43,224 bases of DNA. Source: a virus (taxonomy: Duplodnaviria; Caudoviricetes). Both the position numbers and the translations under genes were made by a program. Numbering within the stretch: the stretch's first letter is position 1; each line of letters opens with the position of its first letter. The notes beneath the pieces were generated by a model. It was not told the DNA's origin, made no database searches, and saw only the letters and a list, made by a program, of their open reading frames with translations. Location: positions 1 to 43,224 of the IMG/VR virus record IMGVR_UViG_3300032237_000972. The stretch is one strand, 5' to 3'. Shown one piece after another: positions 20,901 through 26,891 of the stretch.

Positions 20901-23386
20901 CGACGGTTAACACTACAATTTTTATTTTAGCAGATTGGATCTTAGTCGATGCCAATACCTTAAATGGCGCTGATCGTACCATGGGCTACTACTTGCCCAC
21001 AGCCAACGAACCTGGATTAGAATTACCATTATTAATCGATGGTATTAGTTATCCTGGTGTGCAGGTAACTGGGCCATTGTACAGTCAAAATACTGGGTTT
21101 GACGTAGGCAACTTTGATATCAATCCGTTTGATAATATTAGCTACGGTCCAGAAGGATTGCCTACATACGATCCTGCTATTCTAGATACCATATACAAAA
21201 GTCAATACTTAGATCCGTACCTTGGAAACAGACCTACAGATATCAATGTTGATGGTGGCGCCTACGTAGATACTTACAGTAGTCATGCACCACAAGAGCT
21301 AGTACCGGGCGCAGAATTTGACACCTTAGACATGCGTGTTTATACAACTCCGGGTGCTGACTGGGCCAACAATGGCCACGGATTTGCCGAAGAAGACCAT
21401 AGTTACATTTTTAATCCAGTAAGTCCAACCTTGCCGTTCGTTCTTGACACCGATGCTATTCCAACCCCGGTTGCTGTAAAGGTAGTTAACGTATCACAAA
21501 CGCATGAATTAGTATTCAGTATTGATTATACTGTCAACTGGGTAGACCAAACAATTACCGTTATCACCGGAGCCAATACTGGAGACACAGTTCAAATAAC
21601 CACTTATGGTATTGGTGGTGGGAATCAATTATTTAAACAACTATACAACGGTGCAGACATTGGTAATAGTTTAGTAATTCCAGTTACCTACACATTGATA
21701 CAAGAAATTGCTGTATTTGTTAATGGTGTTGTAACTACCAACTTTACCTATGCTGCAGAAGATTCAATTACTACTTTAATTTCGTTTAATGACACCTATA
21801 CTTTAACCGACGCTGTGGTTGTGGTTGCAATTGGTCCGACTACAGTTGGCTCAACCACAGTTGATTATAGTTGGAGCTCTCCACAAACTCAAATTATCAC
21901 TGCTGTTACAGGGCAATTGATCTATACCTTGACTAACAGCCTAGAGTATAGCAATCCAGACAATATGGCAGTTACAGTTAATGGTGTTCGCGCTCGTACA
22001 AGTGCTGGCGCAGAATATTACGCTGACGGTAGTACAGGATATCTATTACCACAGCGATTAGGATTTAGTCAGAGCGTTATTTCTGATAATGATGTACACG
22101 TTTATATCAACGATGTTCCTCAACAGTTGAATGTTGATTTTGTAGTAGAACCGTACGATCCACTTGATCCAACACGTGGTATTATCTTTACCACGACCCC
22201 CTCACTTGGAGAACGTATTCTTGTGTGTGTAGACACCAATACTCAAGTTACAGTAGTTAACGGTAATCAATTACAGTTTAATTCTGTGGGCGGCTTGATC
22301 CCGAGTACAGGCGACACAATTTCTGTTACAACATTCAATGATACACGTCAGCAAAATATATTGACACAAGTATTTGTTGGACCGACCACTACTGGAGTTA
22401 CTATATCAGAAGCATATGATGAAACCGACTTTGACGTAGGTACGGTTACCGGAGATGCAGGATCATTTGATTATTCTACTGGTATTATTGTAACTGTTAA
22501 CAATTTAATATTAGAGCATACTATCACTGATCCAACTCGTATGTGGGTCACATTAAATGGTAATTGGTTAACTTATGGTATTAATTTTAGTTTTAATTTT
22601 AACAACAACGAACTTGTGTTGAATCAAAATTTAGGATCAACTGATGTTGTAATGATCACCGAGTTTACAGAAAGTTTGGTTCCAGAATCAATGGCATTCC
22701 GTATATTCCAAGACATGCGTGGTGTTCAGGCAACTTATCGTATCACCCCAAACACAACTACAACATTGGTCCAGGAACTGTCGACAACCGATGATGTCAT
22801 TTATGTTGTTAATGCTGGTGCATTGGATCAGCCCGAACCAATTAAAAATATCTGGGGAGTGCTCACTATCAACGGCGAGCGTATTATGTATCGTGAGCGT
22901 GATACAGTAACCAACACAGTAAGCAGTTTATTAAGAGGAACTGCAGGTACAGCAACAACATCTCACGCAGTTGGATCAGTGGTGTATGAAATGGGCCGCA
23001 GTAATTTGTTACCAGAACAATATCAAAATTATGTTGTCAGCAATATTGACACAGTTACACGCCAATATCCATTGGGCGATGGCAGTACCGTAACATTTAC
23101 CGCTGATGCAATTAATCTTGGTACAGCTGAAGACAGTACCAATTTAGATCTAGCAATTGAAGTTTATGTTGGAGGCACTTTAATTACTTCAGACACTTAT
23201 ACAGTTGACACCGAAGATCCTGTAAGTATAACATTTGCAACAGCTCCAGCAGCTGGAAGCGCAGTTACAATATTAGTACGTCGCGGAGTAACTTGGTACG
23301 CACCTGGTGTGGGTACTCCTAGTAACGGCGTAGCATTACAGGATACACAAACAGCAGCTGCAAGGTTTTTACGGGGTCTAAGCTAG
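8933..23386 (+). CDS. Giant (4817 aa) multidomain baseplate/tail structural protein
   Basis: Uninterrupted 14.4-kb ORF coupled to gp6 by TAATG, in the position of a wedge (gp7-like) gene; IQEVKPYHVQVR resembles wedge motifs; carries cupredoxin-like, FG-GAP, CBM-like and many small beta-sandwich modules. Confidence 0.8.
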   Translation: MARVRTVDFLPEIFQTPVNRQFLSATLDQLVQEPSFKKTQGYVGRRVGPGVNPEDRYVVEPTTSRRDYQLEPGVIEINKENSKEIIDAITYPGITDALKLQGADTTKADRLYTSEYYTYDPFVDFDKFTNFAQYYWLPAGPLAVDVSATAIPLTDDFAVTRANGVYTFSGVTGNNPIITLVRGGNYNFNVAQNATETINFRVTNNGISSYTIDYEPNPTLTLVRGNTYVFNLNLTGVFPFYIKTIASLGNINTYDSGVLRNGATTGIITFTVPQDAPDTLYYSSANEYNLRGQINIIDGTPGTGPGFWIQTDPGVNGRLPYAPNISSRDVLGVINNGEDLGTVTFDVPYKDAQSFYYSLPTIGNISGKPSGTVDLVTTLDFNQINNQFVDTFNQVNNGIDGITSLNGRTVVFLNQNLDPEGGGWQVTTQFDPLVEATVNNGLPGSFDSVAFDQTTDVPQDQYYDVWQIQYKYDTDGQAYMVLNNVLSVSNLEKFNILFGTEYSSTSWYKNASGFFEEIPLLTAIKDVLYYQDGTDPEIFGQIRLVDPENNATIDINEIIGSPNYTAPNGVIFTNGLKVVFRGDIIPTSYQGNEYYVEGVGTAIKLLPVSNFITPETYTQSATVPYDSTPFDVGNFDATLNAPIIPDYLTINRADLSLNPWTRSNRWFHIDVINASATYNDTVAVVDNLQRARRPILEFRAGTKLYDFGTEAIAPVDIIDFNVSDALSVVNGSLGYGVDGYTFIDGTTVIFAADTDPNVRNQVYQVEFITPDTVPPLIAEPIINLTPVYSTPVRVDQNVVCLSGNTLQGLSFYFDGVEWISTQQKTKTNQAPLFDVYDTDGISFGYRPKYPSTTFAGSKLFSYATPSTAAETTITSTLNDPVLGFQLTYLSLTNVGDIVFDNNLYKDTFVYAPDSVGTTVPISTGFVRQYSNRITYSREIGWQTAVTKSRARQQFQFTYDGKPLLLDVKVIDNNVVPAVQLYVNAAFQESYNYNVATTDTTTTITFNTVYVLGDIIEVAVLSDQASAVAFYQVPTNLENNPLNANSPSFTLGTLRNHYNTICQNLIDISGPINGANNSRDLGNIIPYGQQILQQSAPLTLSGYFMRSQQYDIFAALDYNSREYIKFKSKLLETVISNDYGTMTIPEILDAAIADITVGRTDINPFYWSDMLPTGSVYTETNTTVTAITTSTFNTVQTYDFTSANYLGLLVYLTRTVNGQSVTTLLERDVEYVVSPTGPRLTISVPLPVGDIVSIREYSNTAGSFVPNTPTKLGLYPKFRPAIFYDTNYVNPTVVIRGHDGSITVAFDDYRNDILLEFEKRIYDNIKTDGNPIPLTIDEVMPGFFRTTDYTQAEITTILGNSFLSWVGWNKLDYKAQDYVANNPFTYNYSDAGNKINEEPLLGAWRGIYRYFYDTESPNYTPWEMLGFSEQPDWWIDRYGPAPYTSDNLVLWDDLEAGVVADPVAFYIRPNYRRPGLTTVIPVGSEGELLSPFESVVGAYDPTAFRKSWQVGDGGPVEAAWWTSSSYPFAVMRLLALTRPAEFFALFADRDLYRFNVELDQYLYNGRYRLDANGIQIYGNGVSKASYIDWIVDYNQQLGLNSTDSLTTALANLDVRLCYRMASFTDKQYLQVYTERSSPNSLNSSLLLPDESYNLLLYKNQPFADITYSALIVERVVDGYAIYGYSTIAPYFQILASSSNGVLQTISAGGATVRVPAQYTQNIVQIPYGYTFNNTTMVVDFILSYGKYLETQGLIFDDQENGYTLNWSQMAAEFLYFSEQGWTEGTMINLNPVATTLRAYRAGAIVDTIVSRTPENMLLDQNRGTLATRDLVVQRYGNDFTVSSTTNQTISFLQLRFTNYENMVVLDNVSIFNDLIYDPTTAARQNRIKISASTSTDWNGQLDAQGFVLNQNNVKEWVPDKKYTKGEIVFFKNQYWQAMSIIQPKDRFDFQDWVKSNYSAIQEGLLPNLANKADQLANSYNINSANLERDNDLLSYGLIGFKPREYMAALNLDDVTQVNLYQQFLGTKGTIRAAELFTRADLGKESGEYNIYENWGVLASTYGANANKSFYELQLNEAYLQADPSTIQVIQPQETSEADQTVFLSNIWRSSYKLTSTDILPTTYTTDPETALPSAGYVDLNDVDITVYSLDDPANIAASIGTIGIGTTIWVAKVNSYNWGIYRCSEDPGTVNQIQDNLNGTAIAYFTKPHNLKIGDLIILRYFGNEDGVYRVLGVPSISSITIAISFYNTNQTSVTGTGLAFYLESQRVNQPSDILNLSYVKDLVPGARVWVDNDTNGHWEVLEKQSPFDALQILLPIPPVSNSRYGASLAQSANHFAALVGMPGTGSDTGIVHTYRRTDDTSYVDNVILTLNATDVVGFGASADWGNQTWSVVGAPGSNNNAGYVNTLYLVPASNDYKQTQLLVAPDQDFNAIKFGSAVTISQDERWMYVSAPAANRVYAYGRVDVEAQQVSYIADGVTTYYNYADTIEIDFNYPEQLIVTLGTITLIYQTDYVIAGNNVILTSAPALGQVVRITRRTAVQIDQQIYYNIQPNSSTGSGSGVVFTVTNTRGVYFPTLTNAGVNYNAGDVLTISYTQVCPAGTIANDLTITINSVYSGGVINTFTPTGSGIDDTATFQLNPYLYTANNIYAFTVVVDGVFQRPHIDYDFNNDSTDTTYDITFEASSLPVPGATISVIADTYWQYVSTITTTTVGANPQFGAAISTGVDGRQLIVGAPGESFDSVPDCGAVYVFDRSVFAYQITDTTQTTYAIPGNFAEPVAVLLNGSFLTNTDQYLNGQFTIDGTDVVLSSSVALTVGDVLEIETNEFQLLEKFTAGYTAAQATQYATAVKFAHAQDMFFVGAPRDTNIAVQCGSIYTYVNQAKEYGVITSTIANPTLTIGNDLRINDFAVTVPSADIADLVALINSSNIPNAIATLTSNVTLVGNGYTKIFDVGSIYSAASAYTTVVYVDDALQVSGVDYTYNNTTQQINFVTAPGAKSVILVVSGRMTISVKNAVAAEDKNMLTVLPGTTGTAFDDLGFNTYVFTQEIKPPIAQDFAYFGTSIDINTNGLNLVVGASNATAIEPVIFDGGETYFDDRSTTFFSPIVNSGVVYTYDYLPSTNSSVSNPGAFVFGQQIYNTTGSTNDQFGVAVNYTAGRLLVGSPGSDLGDSSVNYGEVLVYNNSNDALAWAVIRAQQPAVDTNLINGVFAYDRLTSKTTTYFDYINPLQGKILGAARRNIDYIGAVDPAQYNEGSVHNNGNSWAGEHLGEIWWDTDTVRFIEPGQDSISYASRRWGQLFPGSRVDIYQWIGSSVTPVNYTGTGTPLSTTSYTVNTALNKQNIIETTYYFWVRGITTIETGAGKTLSTTGIASYIESPRTSGIPYLAAINSSTVAIYNALDLISAQDTILHIGYDRQAEGGDNNIHQEYQFVADGRPDSFLNATLYRKLQDSFCGVDEAGASVPDPTLSPSERYGVQFRPRQSMFADRFAALKNYLTRVNLILSLYPIVESRSFNLLNSREPEPSANSGAWNKRVANLEELGYQQLDTVAIGYRYLVVSDSSQQGRWTIYEVALGILPGERILNLVRIQNYDTRLYWKHINWYRPGYNSTIQPVAQVPNRSSLDTLTLTAAPIGSSVKVTANSQGKFEIYLRELTGWARVGLEDGTIEFKEELWNYSVGYFGFDVEVFDAQYFDQEPVIETRKIIQAINDELLIGDLLIERNQALILMFKFVYSEFTAPEWLMKTSLIDVDHKIRALLPFQVYMQDNQTFVLDYIQEVKPYHVQVREFNLAYYGQDTYPGNLTDFDVPAYWNSTLDIPQYISPVLLPYDHASTTIQNDVSDTESNAEIWTADPWKQWYNNYLLGIQSVTIVDGGTGYFSAPEVVVTGDCVTPAVMTAIINSAGQVVSVDIVSPGAGYSTTAILTFVGESTTTAVAVALMGNDLVRSIKTVIKYDRCEYTTTLVEWQPNTTYNNGTLVRYDDRVWEANNTTGPTVNTTIFILADWILVDANTLNGADRTMGYYLPTANEPGLELPLLIDGISYPGVQVTGPLYSQNTGFDVGNFDINPFDNISYGPEGLPTYDPAILDTIYKSQYLDPYLGNRPTDINVDGGAYVDTYSSHAPQELVPGAEFDTLDMRVYTTPGADWANNGHGFAEEDHSYIFNPVSPTLPFVLDTDAIPTPVAVKVVNVSQTHELVFSIDYTVNWVDQTITVITGANTGDTVQITTYGIGGGNQLFKQLYNGADIGNSLVIPVTYTLIQEIAVFVNGVVTTNFTYAAEDSITTLISFNDTYTLTDAVVVVAIGPTTVGSTTVDYSWSSPQTQIITAVTGQLIYTLTNSLEYSNPDNMAVTVNGVRARTSAGAEYYADGSTGYLLPQRLGFSQSVISDNDVHVYINDVPQQLNVDFVVEPYDPLDPTRGIIFTTTPSLGERILVCVDTNTQVTVVNGNQLQFNSVGGLIPSTGDTISVTTFNDTRQQNILTQVFVGPTTTGVTISEAYDETDFDVGTVTGDAGSFDYSTGIIVTVNNLILEHTITDPTRMWVTLNGNWLTYGINFSFNFNNNELVLNQNLGSTDVVMITEFTESLVPESMAFRIFQDMRGVQATYRITPNTTTTLVQELSTTDDVIYVVNAGALDQPEPIKNIWGVLTINGERIMYRERDTVTNTVSSLLRGTAGTATTSHAVGSVVYEMGRSNLLPEQYQNYVVSNIDTVTRQYPLGDGSTVTFTADAINLGTAEDSTNLDLAIEVYVGGTLITSDTYTVDTEDPVSITFATAPAAGSAVTILVRRGVTWYAPGVGTPSNGVALQDTQTAAARFLRGLS
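15890..18480 (+). repeat. Seven dispersed FG-GAP (integrin-alpha-like) repeats within the giant protein
   Basis: RYGASL..VGMPG; GFGASA..VGAPG; KFGSAV..VSAP; QFGAAI..VGAPG..GAVYVF; QYATAV..VGAPR..GSIYTY; YFGTSI..VGAS..GVVYTY; QFGVAV..VGSPG..GEVLVY. Confidence 0.75.
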
Positions 23387-23389
23387 GGC

Positions 23390-23395
23390 TAAATA
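23390..23395 (+). promoter_or_regulatory. Putative late promoter core TAAATA
   Basis: In the 13-nt gap after the giant gene's TAG, 4 nt before ATG 23400, the same geometry as at 5059. Confidence 0.45.
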
Positions 23396-23399
23396 AATC

Positions 23400-23540
23400 A
23401 TGAATCAACCAATCACTACACCTTTGCCACAAAAGCCTGCACCAAAGCCGGCAAATGATACTGGAAGCATATCGGTAGAGGGTTTTATTCGTATATTTGA
23501 TCCAAATACCAAAGAGAAATTTGTGGAGAAACGAGCATGA
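23400..23540 (+). CDS. 46-aa microprotein not in the ORF track
   Basis: MNQPITTPLPQKPAPKPANDTGSISVEGFIRIFDPNTKEKFVEKRA*. It fills the gap exactly, has an ATGA overlap with the next gene, and its C-terminal half resembles that gene's N-terminus. Confidence 0.75.
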   Translation: MNQPITTPLPQKPAPKPANDTGSISVEGFIRIFDPNTKEKFVEKRA

Positions 23541-24157
23541 TTATTCAACCAGGACTATGCAAAATAGAAGGATTTGTTAAAATTACAGATCCTGTGTCTG
23601 GCGAAGTTTTAGTAGATAAAAAGAATGCGATTCACTACGAGAATATCAGTATTGCTATGGCTCAAAGTCTCAGCAACAGAACTTTAGCACAAGGAGCTGG
23701 CTACATTTATCAAATGGCATTTGGTAATGGTGGCAGTGCTGTAGATCCTACTGGTGTTATTACGTATCTGCCCCCAAACACCACCGGGCAAAATGCAGAC
23801 TTATACAACGAAACCTATGCCAAAGTAGTCGATGATAACAGTGCCGCAGACACTGATCCAAACTATAATAAAATGACAGTATTGCACACTGCTGGCAACT
23901 ATTATACTGACATTTTGGTAACTTGTTTGTTAGACTACGGCGAGCCCGCAGGACAACAGGCCTTTGATAATAGTACCAATTTTAACGGTGAATATGTGTT
24001 TGATGAGCTAGGGTTAAAGTGTGTAAACACGTCTTTAACTGATTTACGCTTGATTACCCACGTTATTTTTCATCCAGTACAGAAGAGTTTGAATCGTCAG
24101 ATTCAAATTGATTATACGCTAAGAATTCAGACTTTAACGAATTTAAGCGCGGCATAA
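23537..24157 (+). CDS. Conserved virion structural protein (putative baseplate / tail-fibre attachment)
   Basis: 206 aa between the giant protein and the tail fibre; MAFGNGG...FDELGL...THVIFHPVQKS..IQIDYTLRI resembles baseplate/fibre-anchor beta-sandwich proteins. Confidence 0.55.
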   Translation: MIIQPGLCKIEGFVKITDPVSGEVLVDKKNAIHYENISIAMAQSLSNRTLAQGAGYIYQMAFGNGGSAVDPTGVITYLPPNTTGQNADLYNETYAKVVDDNSAADTDPNYNKMTVLHTAGNYYTDILVTCLLDYGEPAGQQAFDNSTNFNGEYVFDELGLKCVNTSLTDLRLITHVIFHPVQKSLNRQIQIDYTLRIQTLTNLSAA

Positions 24158-24185
24158 ATATGAATACATTATCGTGCGATAAATA
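24155..24185 (+). promoter_or_regulatory. Tandem putative late promoter cores TAAATA (24155-24160, 24180-24185) upstream of the tail fibre gene
   Basis: CATAAATA and GATAAATA in and around the 50-nt gap, followed by GGAG SD and ATG 24208. Confidence 0.5.
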
Positions 24186-24207
24186 TACAAGGACGGAGTA
24201 ACTATAA

Positions 24208-25482
24208 ATGGCATATACAATTAATTTAACTAATGGTACAATATTCGCTACTATTGCGGATGGTACTATTAATACAGCAAGCTCACAGACCTTAATCGGC
24301 AAAAACTATGCTGGATATGGTCAGTTCTTGGATGACAACTTTATTCACTTGCTAGAGAGTGGTGCTAACAGCACACCCCCGGGCGCACCGTTAACTGGTC
24401 AGCTTTGGTGGGATACCTCTTCTGGACTACTTAAAGTATACAACGGTACTACTTTCAAAACAGTAAGCTCTACAACTGCACAAAGTTCAGCACCAACTAG
24501 TAATGTAACAGGCGACTTGTGGTACGATACTACAAATCAACAGCTTAAAGTTTACACAGGTACTACCTGGTTGGTAGTTGGTCCTGCTTACACCAGCGGC
24601 ACAGGTGTTACTGGAGCAATCGCTACAACAATTGTAGATAATACAAGTACAAGCCATGTGGTCATTGAATTGTATGTAAATGATTCAATTGTAGGTATTA
24701 TTAGCAAAGATGCTACATTTACTCCTCAGGTAGCATTGACTGGATTCACTACTGTACGTCCTGGTATTACACTATCGACATTGGTTGGTAGTCAGGTTCC
24801 ATTATTCCAAGGTACAGCAGTATTAGCACAAGGACTAGTAGGCGGTCAGCCATACATGCTCAACAATGCTAACACAAGTACAACAGGTACAGTTAGTGTA
24901 TTAAACAACTCTGGGTTGTTTGTTGGCACCAACAGCGACTTAAATATGTATGTTAGTGGCACATCAGCATTTATTGCCAATCAGACCAGCAACGGTAACA
25001 TTTATTTCCGTGTTAATATTGCCGGAACCCCAACTACAGTAATGACGATTAACGGTGGTACTGGTACTATCAGTGGTAATCAAATTAATGCTAACTACGC
25101 CGACGTTGCAGAACGTTTCCATGCTGATACCTCTTATGAAGCAGGTACCGTTGTTGAGCTCGGCGGCTCTAACGAAATCACTCAAGTTGACGCAGATTTA
25201 AGTGATAAAGTGTTTGGTGTGATAAGTACTAGAGCAGCATATTTGATGAATAGCCAAGCCGGATCAGACGAGACGCATCCTCCAGTTGCAATGACTGGAC
25301 GAGTTCCTGTTAAGGTTATTGGAACAGTGACCAAAGGCGATCGTCTTGTAAGTGCGGGTAATGGTTTTGCTCGAGCAGCGGTAGCCGGAGAAGCTACTGC
25401 ATTTAACGTAATCGGTCGTGCCTTGGTTGGCAAGATTGATTCGGGTGCAGGCACCGTAGAAGCAATTGTTACAATCAAATAA
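24208..25482 (+). CDS. Tail fibre protein with C-terminal intramolecular-chaperone-like (peptidase G2-type) domain
   Basis: N-terminal GKNYAGYG..NFIHLLE; duplicated GQLWWDT..LKVYNGT / GDLWYDT..LKVYTGT fibre motifs; C-terminal YADVAERF..GTVV..VFGVIST..PVAMTGRVPVKV..KGDRLVS. Confidence 0.75.
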   Translation: MAYTINLTNGTIFATIADGTINTASSQTLIGKNYAGYGQFLDDNFIHLLESGANSTPPGAPLTGQLWWDTSSGLLKVYNGTTFKTVSSTTAQSSAPTSNVTGDLWYDTTNQQLKVYTGTTWLVVGPAYTSGTGVTGAIATTIVDNTSTSHVVIELYVNDSIVGIISKDATFTPQVALTGFTTVRPGITLSTLVGSQVPLFQGTAVLAQGLVGGQPYMLNNANTSTTGTVSVLNNSGLFVGTNSDLNMYVSGTSAFIANQTSNGNIYFRVNIAGTPTTVMTINGGTGTISGNQINANYADVAERFHADTSYEAGTVVELGGSNEITQVDADLSDKVFGVISTRAAYLMNSQAGSDETHPPVAMTGRVPVKVIGTVTKGDRLVSAGNGFARAAVAGEATAFNVIGRALVGKIDSGAGTVEAIVTIK

Positions 25483-25512
25483 CATTAAGAATTTAGGAAC
25501 TAGGAACAAATA

Positions 25513-26514
25513 ATGACATATACAGTAGGTAGTACAATTTTAGCAGCTGACTACAATGCTTTTGTAGGTAACGTATCGGGCAACTGTATCAACAACGTGT
25601 GGGGAACCGGTACAGTCAGTGATCTAGGTTGGGGTCAATCAAACATTGCCAACGTGGCCGCTGCCGGAACTGTGACAGCTACACAATGGGCATCACTGGT
25701 CAATACCCTTACTACAATGGGTCAACAAACTGGCGCCACAATTACTTCAAGGACTGCTCCTGTAGCCGGTAACACAATTAGTATTTTAGCCAACGTGGCC
25801 ACAGATATTAACACATTAACCACAGCACGCGGAAATGCTGTAGCATCTGGTACAGAATATGGAACTTTTACAGGAACCACAAGTAAAACTACTGCAACTG
25901 GCTCTGGAACTGCGGCCTGGACTATTACATTTACTCACACCGTAACTTTTGCAAGTGCAGCAGCACTAAGATATTTCTTTAATGCAGGCGGCATTGTTCG
26001 CCTCAAGTATGGTAAAAGCTCAACTGGTACTGACACCGATGCAGACTGGAATACTCTTGCAGGTTGGTGCGGAAGCATTAGCCTTACTGGACGTGTAAAC
26101 AGTAACACCCAGCTTATTGCCGCACAGGCCTATACTGGAACCACACGCATTGGCGGCACAGGCGGAACACAAACCACATTGGCCACCACCACAGGGTGGT
26201 ATAATTTAACAGTATCACCTACAACTATATTCCAATTGACTAACTCTACTGCACCATACACAGGTGAATATATTAGAACTACAGCCACAGCTACATCCAC
26301 TACAGTGCTTACTTTGGTAACAACCTGGGTTAGTGATGGATCAAGTGGTGCTGGTACTAGTGCTAATATTACTGGCGGCACAGGTGTATCAAGCCCAGCA
26401 ACTGTAATTGGTGCCGCAACAGCGCCAACAACATTGGTTACATATATTCCACCAAGCACAACGTATTTGTCGGCTAGTTGGGGTACACCAACTATTGCTG
26501 CATCTGTAGCGTAA
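25513..26514 (+). CDS. Thr/Gly/Ala-rich virion structural protein (fibre-like)
   Basis: 333 aa, very Thr-rich, few charged residues; LRYFFNAGG motif; AGGA SD; last gene before the hairpin. Confidence 0.6.
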   Translation: MTYTVGSTILAADYNAFVGNVSGNCINNVWGTGTVSDLGWGQSNIANVAAAGTVTATQWASLVNTLTTMGQQTGATITSRTAPVAGNTISILANVATDINTLTTARGNAVASGTEYGTFTGTTSKTTATGSGTAAWTITFTHTVTFASAAALRYFFNAGGIVRLKYGKSSTGTDTDADWNTLAGWCGSISLTGRVNSNTQLIAAQAYTGTTRIGGTGGTQTTLATTTGWYNLTVSPTTIFQLTNSTAPYTGEYIRTTATATSTTVLTLVTTWVSDGSSGAGTSANITGGTGVSSPATVIGAATAPTTLVTYIPPSTTYLSASWGTPTIAASVA

Positions 26515-26533
26515 CAGCAACAGCGTCTTGCCA

Positions 26534-26560
26534 AAAGCCCCGTAAGGGGCTTTACCTTTA
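26534..26560 (+). terminator. Intrinsic terminator-like hairpin ending the structural module
   Basis: AAAGCCCC-GTAA-GGGGCTTT (26534-26553): perfect 8-bp stem with GNRA tetraloop, then T-rich sequence; the T-tract is short. Confidence 0.75.
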
Positions 26561-26579
26561 GTACTTTTTCAAGTATAAT
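26551..26579 (+). promoter_or_regulatory. sigma70-type promoter for the modification operon
   Basis: TTTACC (26551-26556), 17 nt, TATAAT (26574-26579); ATG at 26586 with no SD. Confidence 0.65.
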
Positions 26580-26585
26580 AAACCT

Positions 26586-26891
26586 ATGAATACTGATAAC
26601 TTAATTGCACACGGTCGTGCCCGTTTTGATCATGCGGCCGCACGTCGCTTACTCAAAGAAAAGTATCAAGGTAAGCTAACATTTGCCCACGCCGGTGGTA
26701 TGTGGCTAGCCGGACCAGAATTGTTGGCCGCACTAGCTGCCTGCACTGGACCTACTAGCGTGTTGCTTGACTTATATGAAACGCCAGTTCAAGTAGTACC
26801 CAATACGTTTCGTGACTTGGTACGCAAACACTGGCAAGAACAAATGAATACTTGGCTAGTGGAATACGAACAATTATCTAAGAACAGATGA
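26586..26891 (+). CDS. Hypothetical protein, possibly tail-fibre-assembly-like
   Basis: 101-aa ORF, ATGA-coupled to the next gene; layout (helix, beta-hairpin, VLLDLYETPVQV, long C-terminal helix) loosely recalls DUF4376-type proteins. Confidence 0.5.
   Translation: MNTDNLIAHGRARFDHAAARRLLKEKYQGKLTFAHAGGMWLAGPELLAALAACTGPTSVLLDLYETPVQVVPNTFRDLVRKHWQEQMNTWLVEYEQLSKNR

Noticed and set aside
24160-24201. 13-codon mini-ORF MNTLSCDKYTRTE in the gap before the tail fibre
   Set aside because: Too short, no SD, and it overlaps the promoter-like motif and SD of the next gene.
25494-25507. Tandem TAGGAAC TAGGAAC before the 333-aa gene
   Set aside because: Most simply a duplicated SD-containing heptamer; two copies give no evidence of further function.
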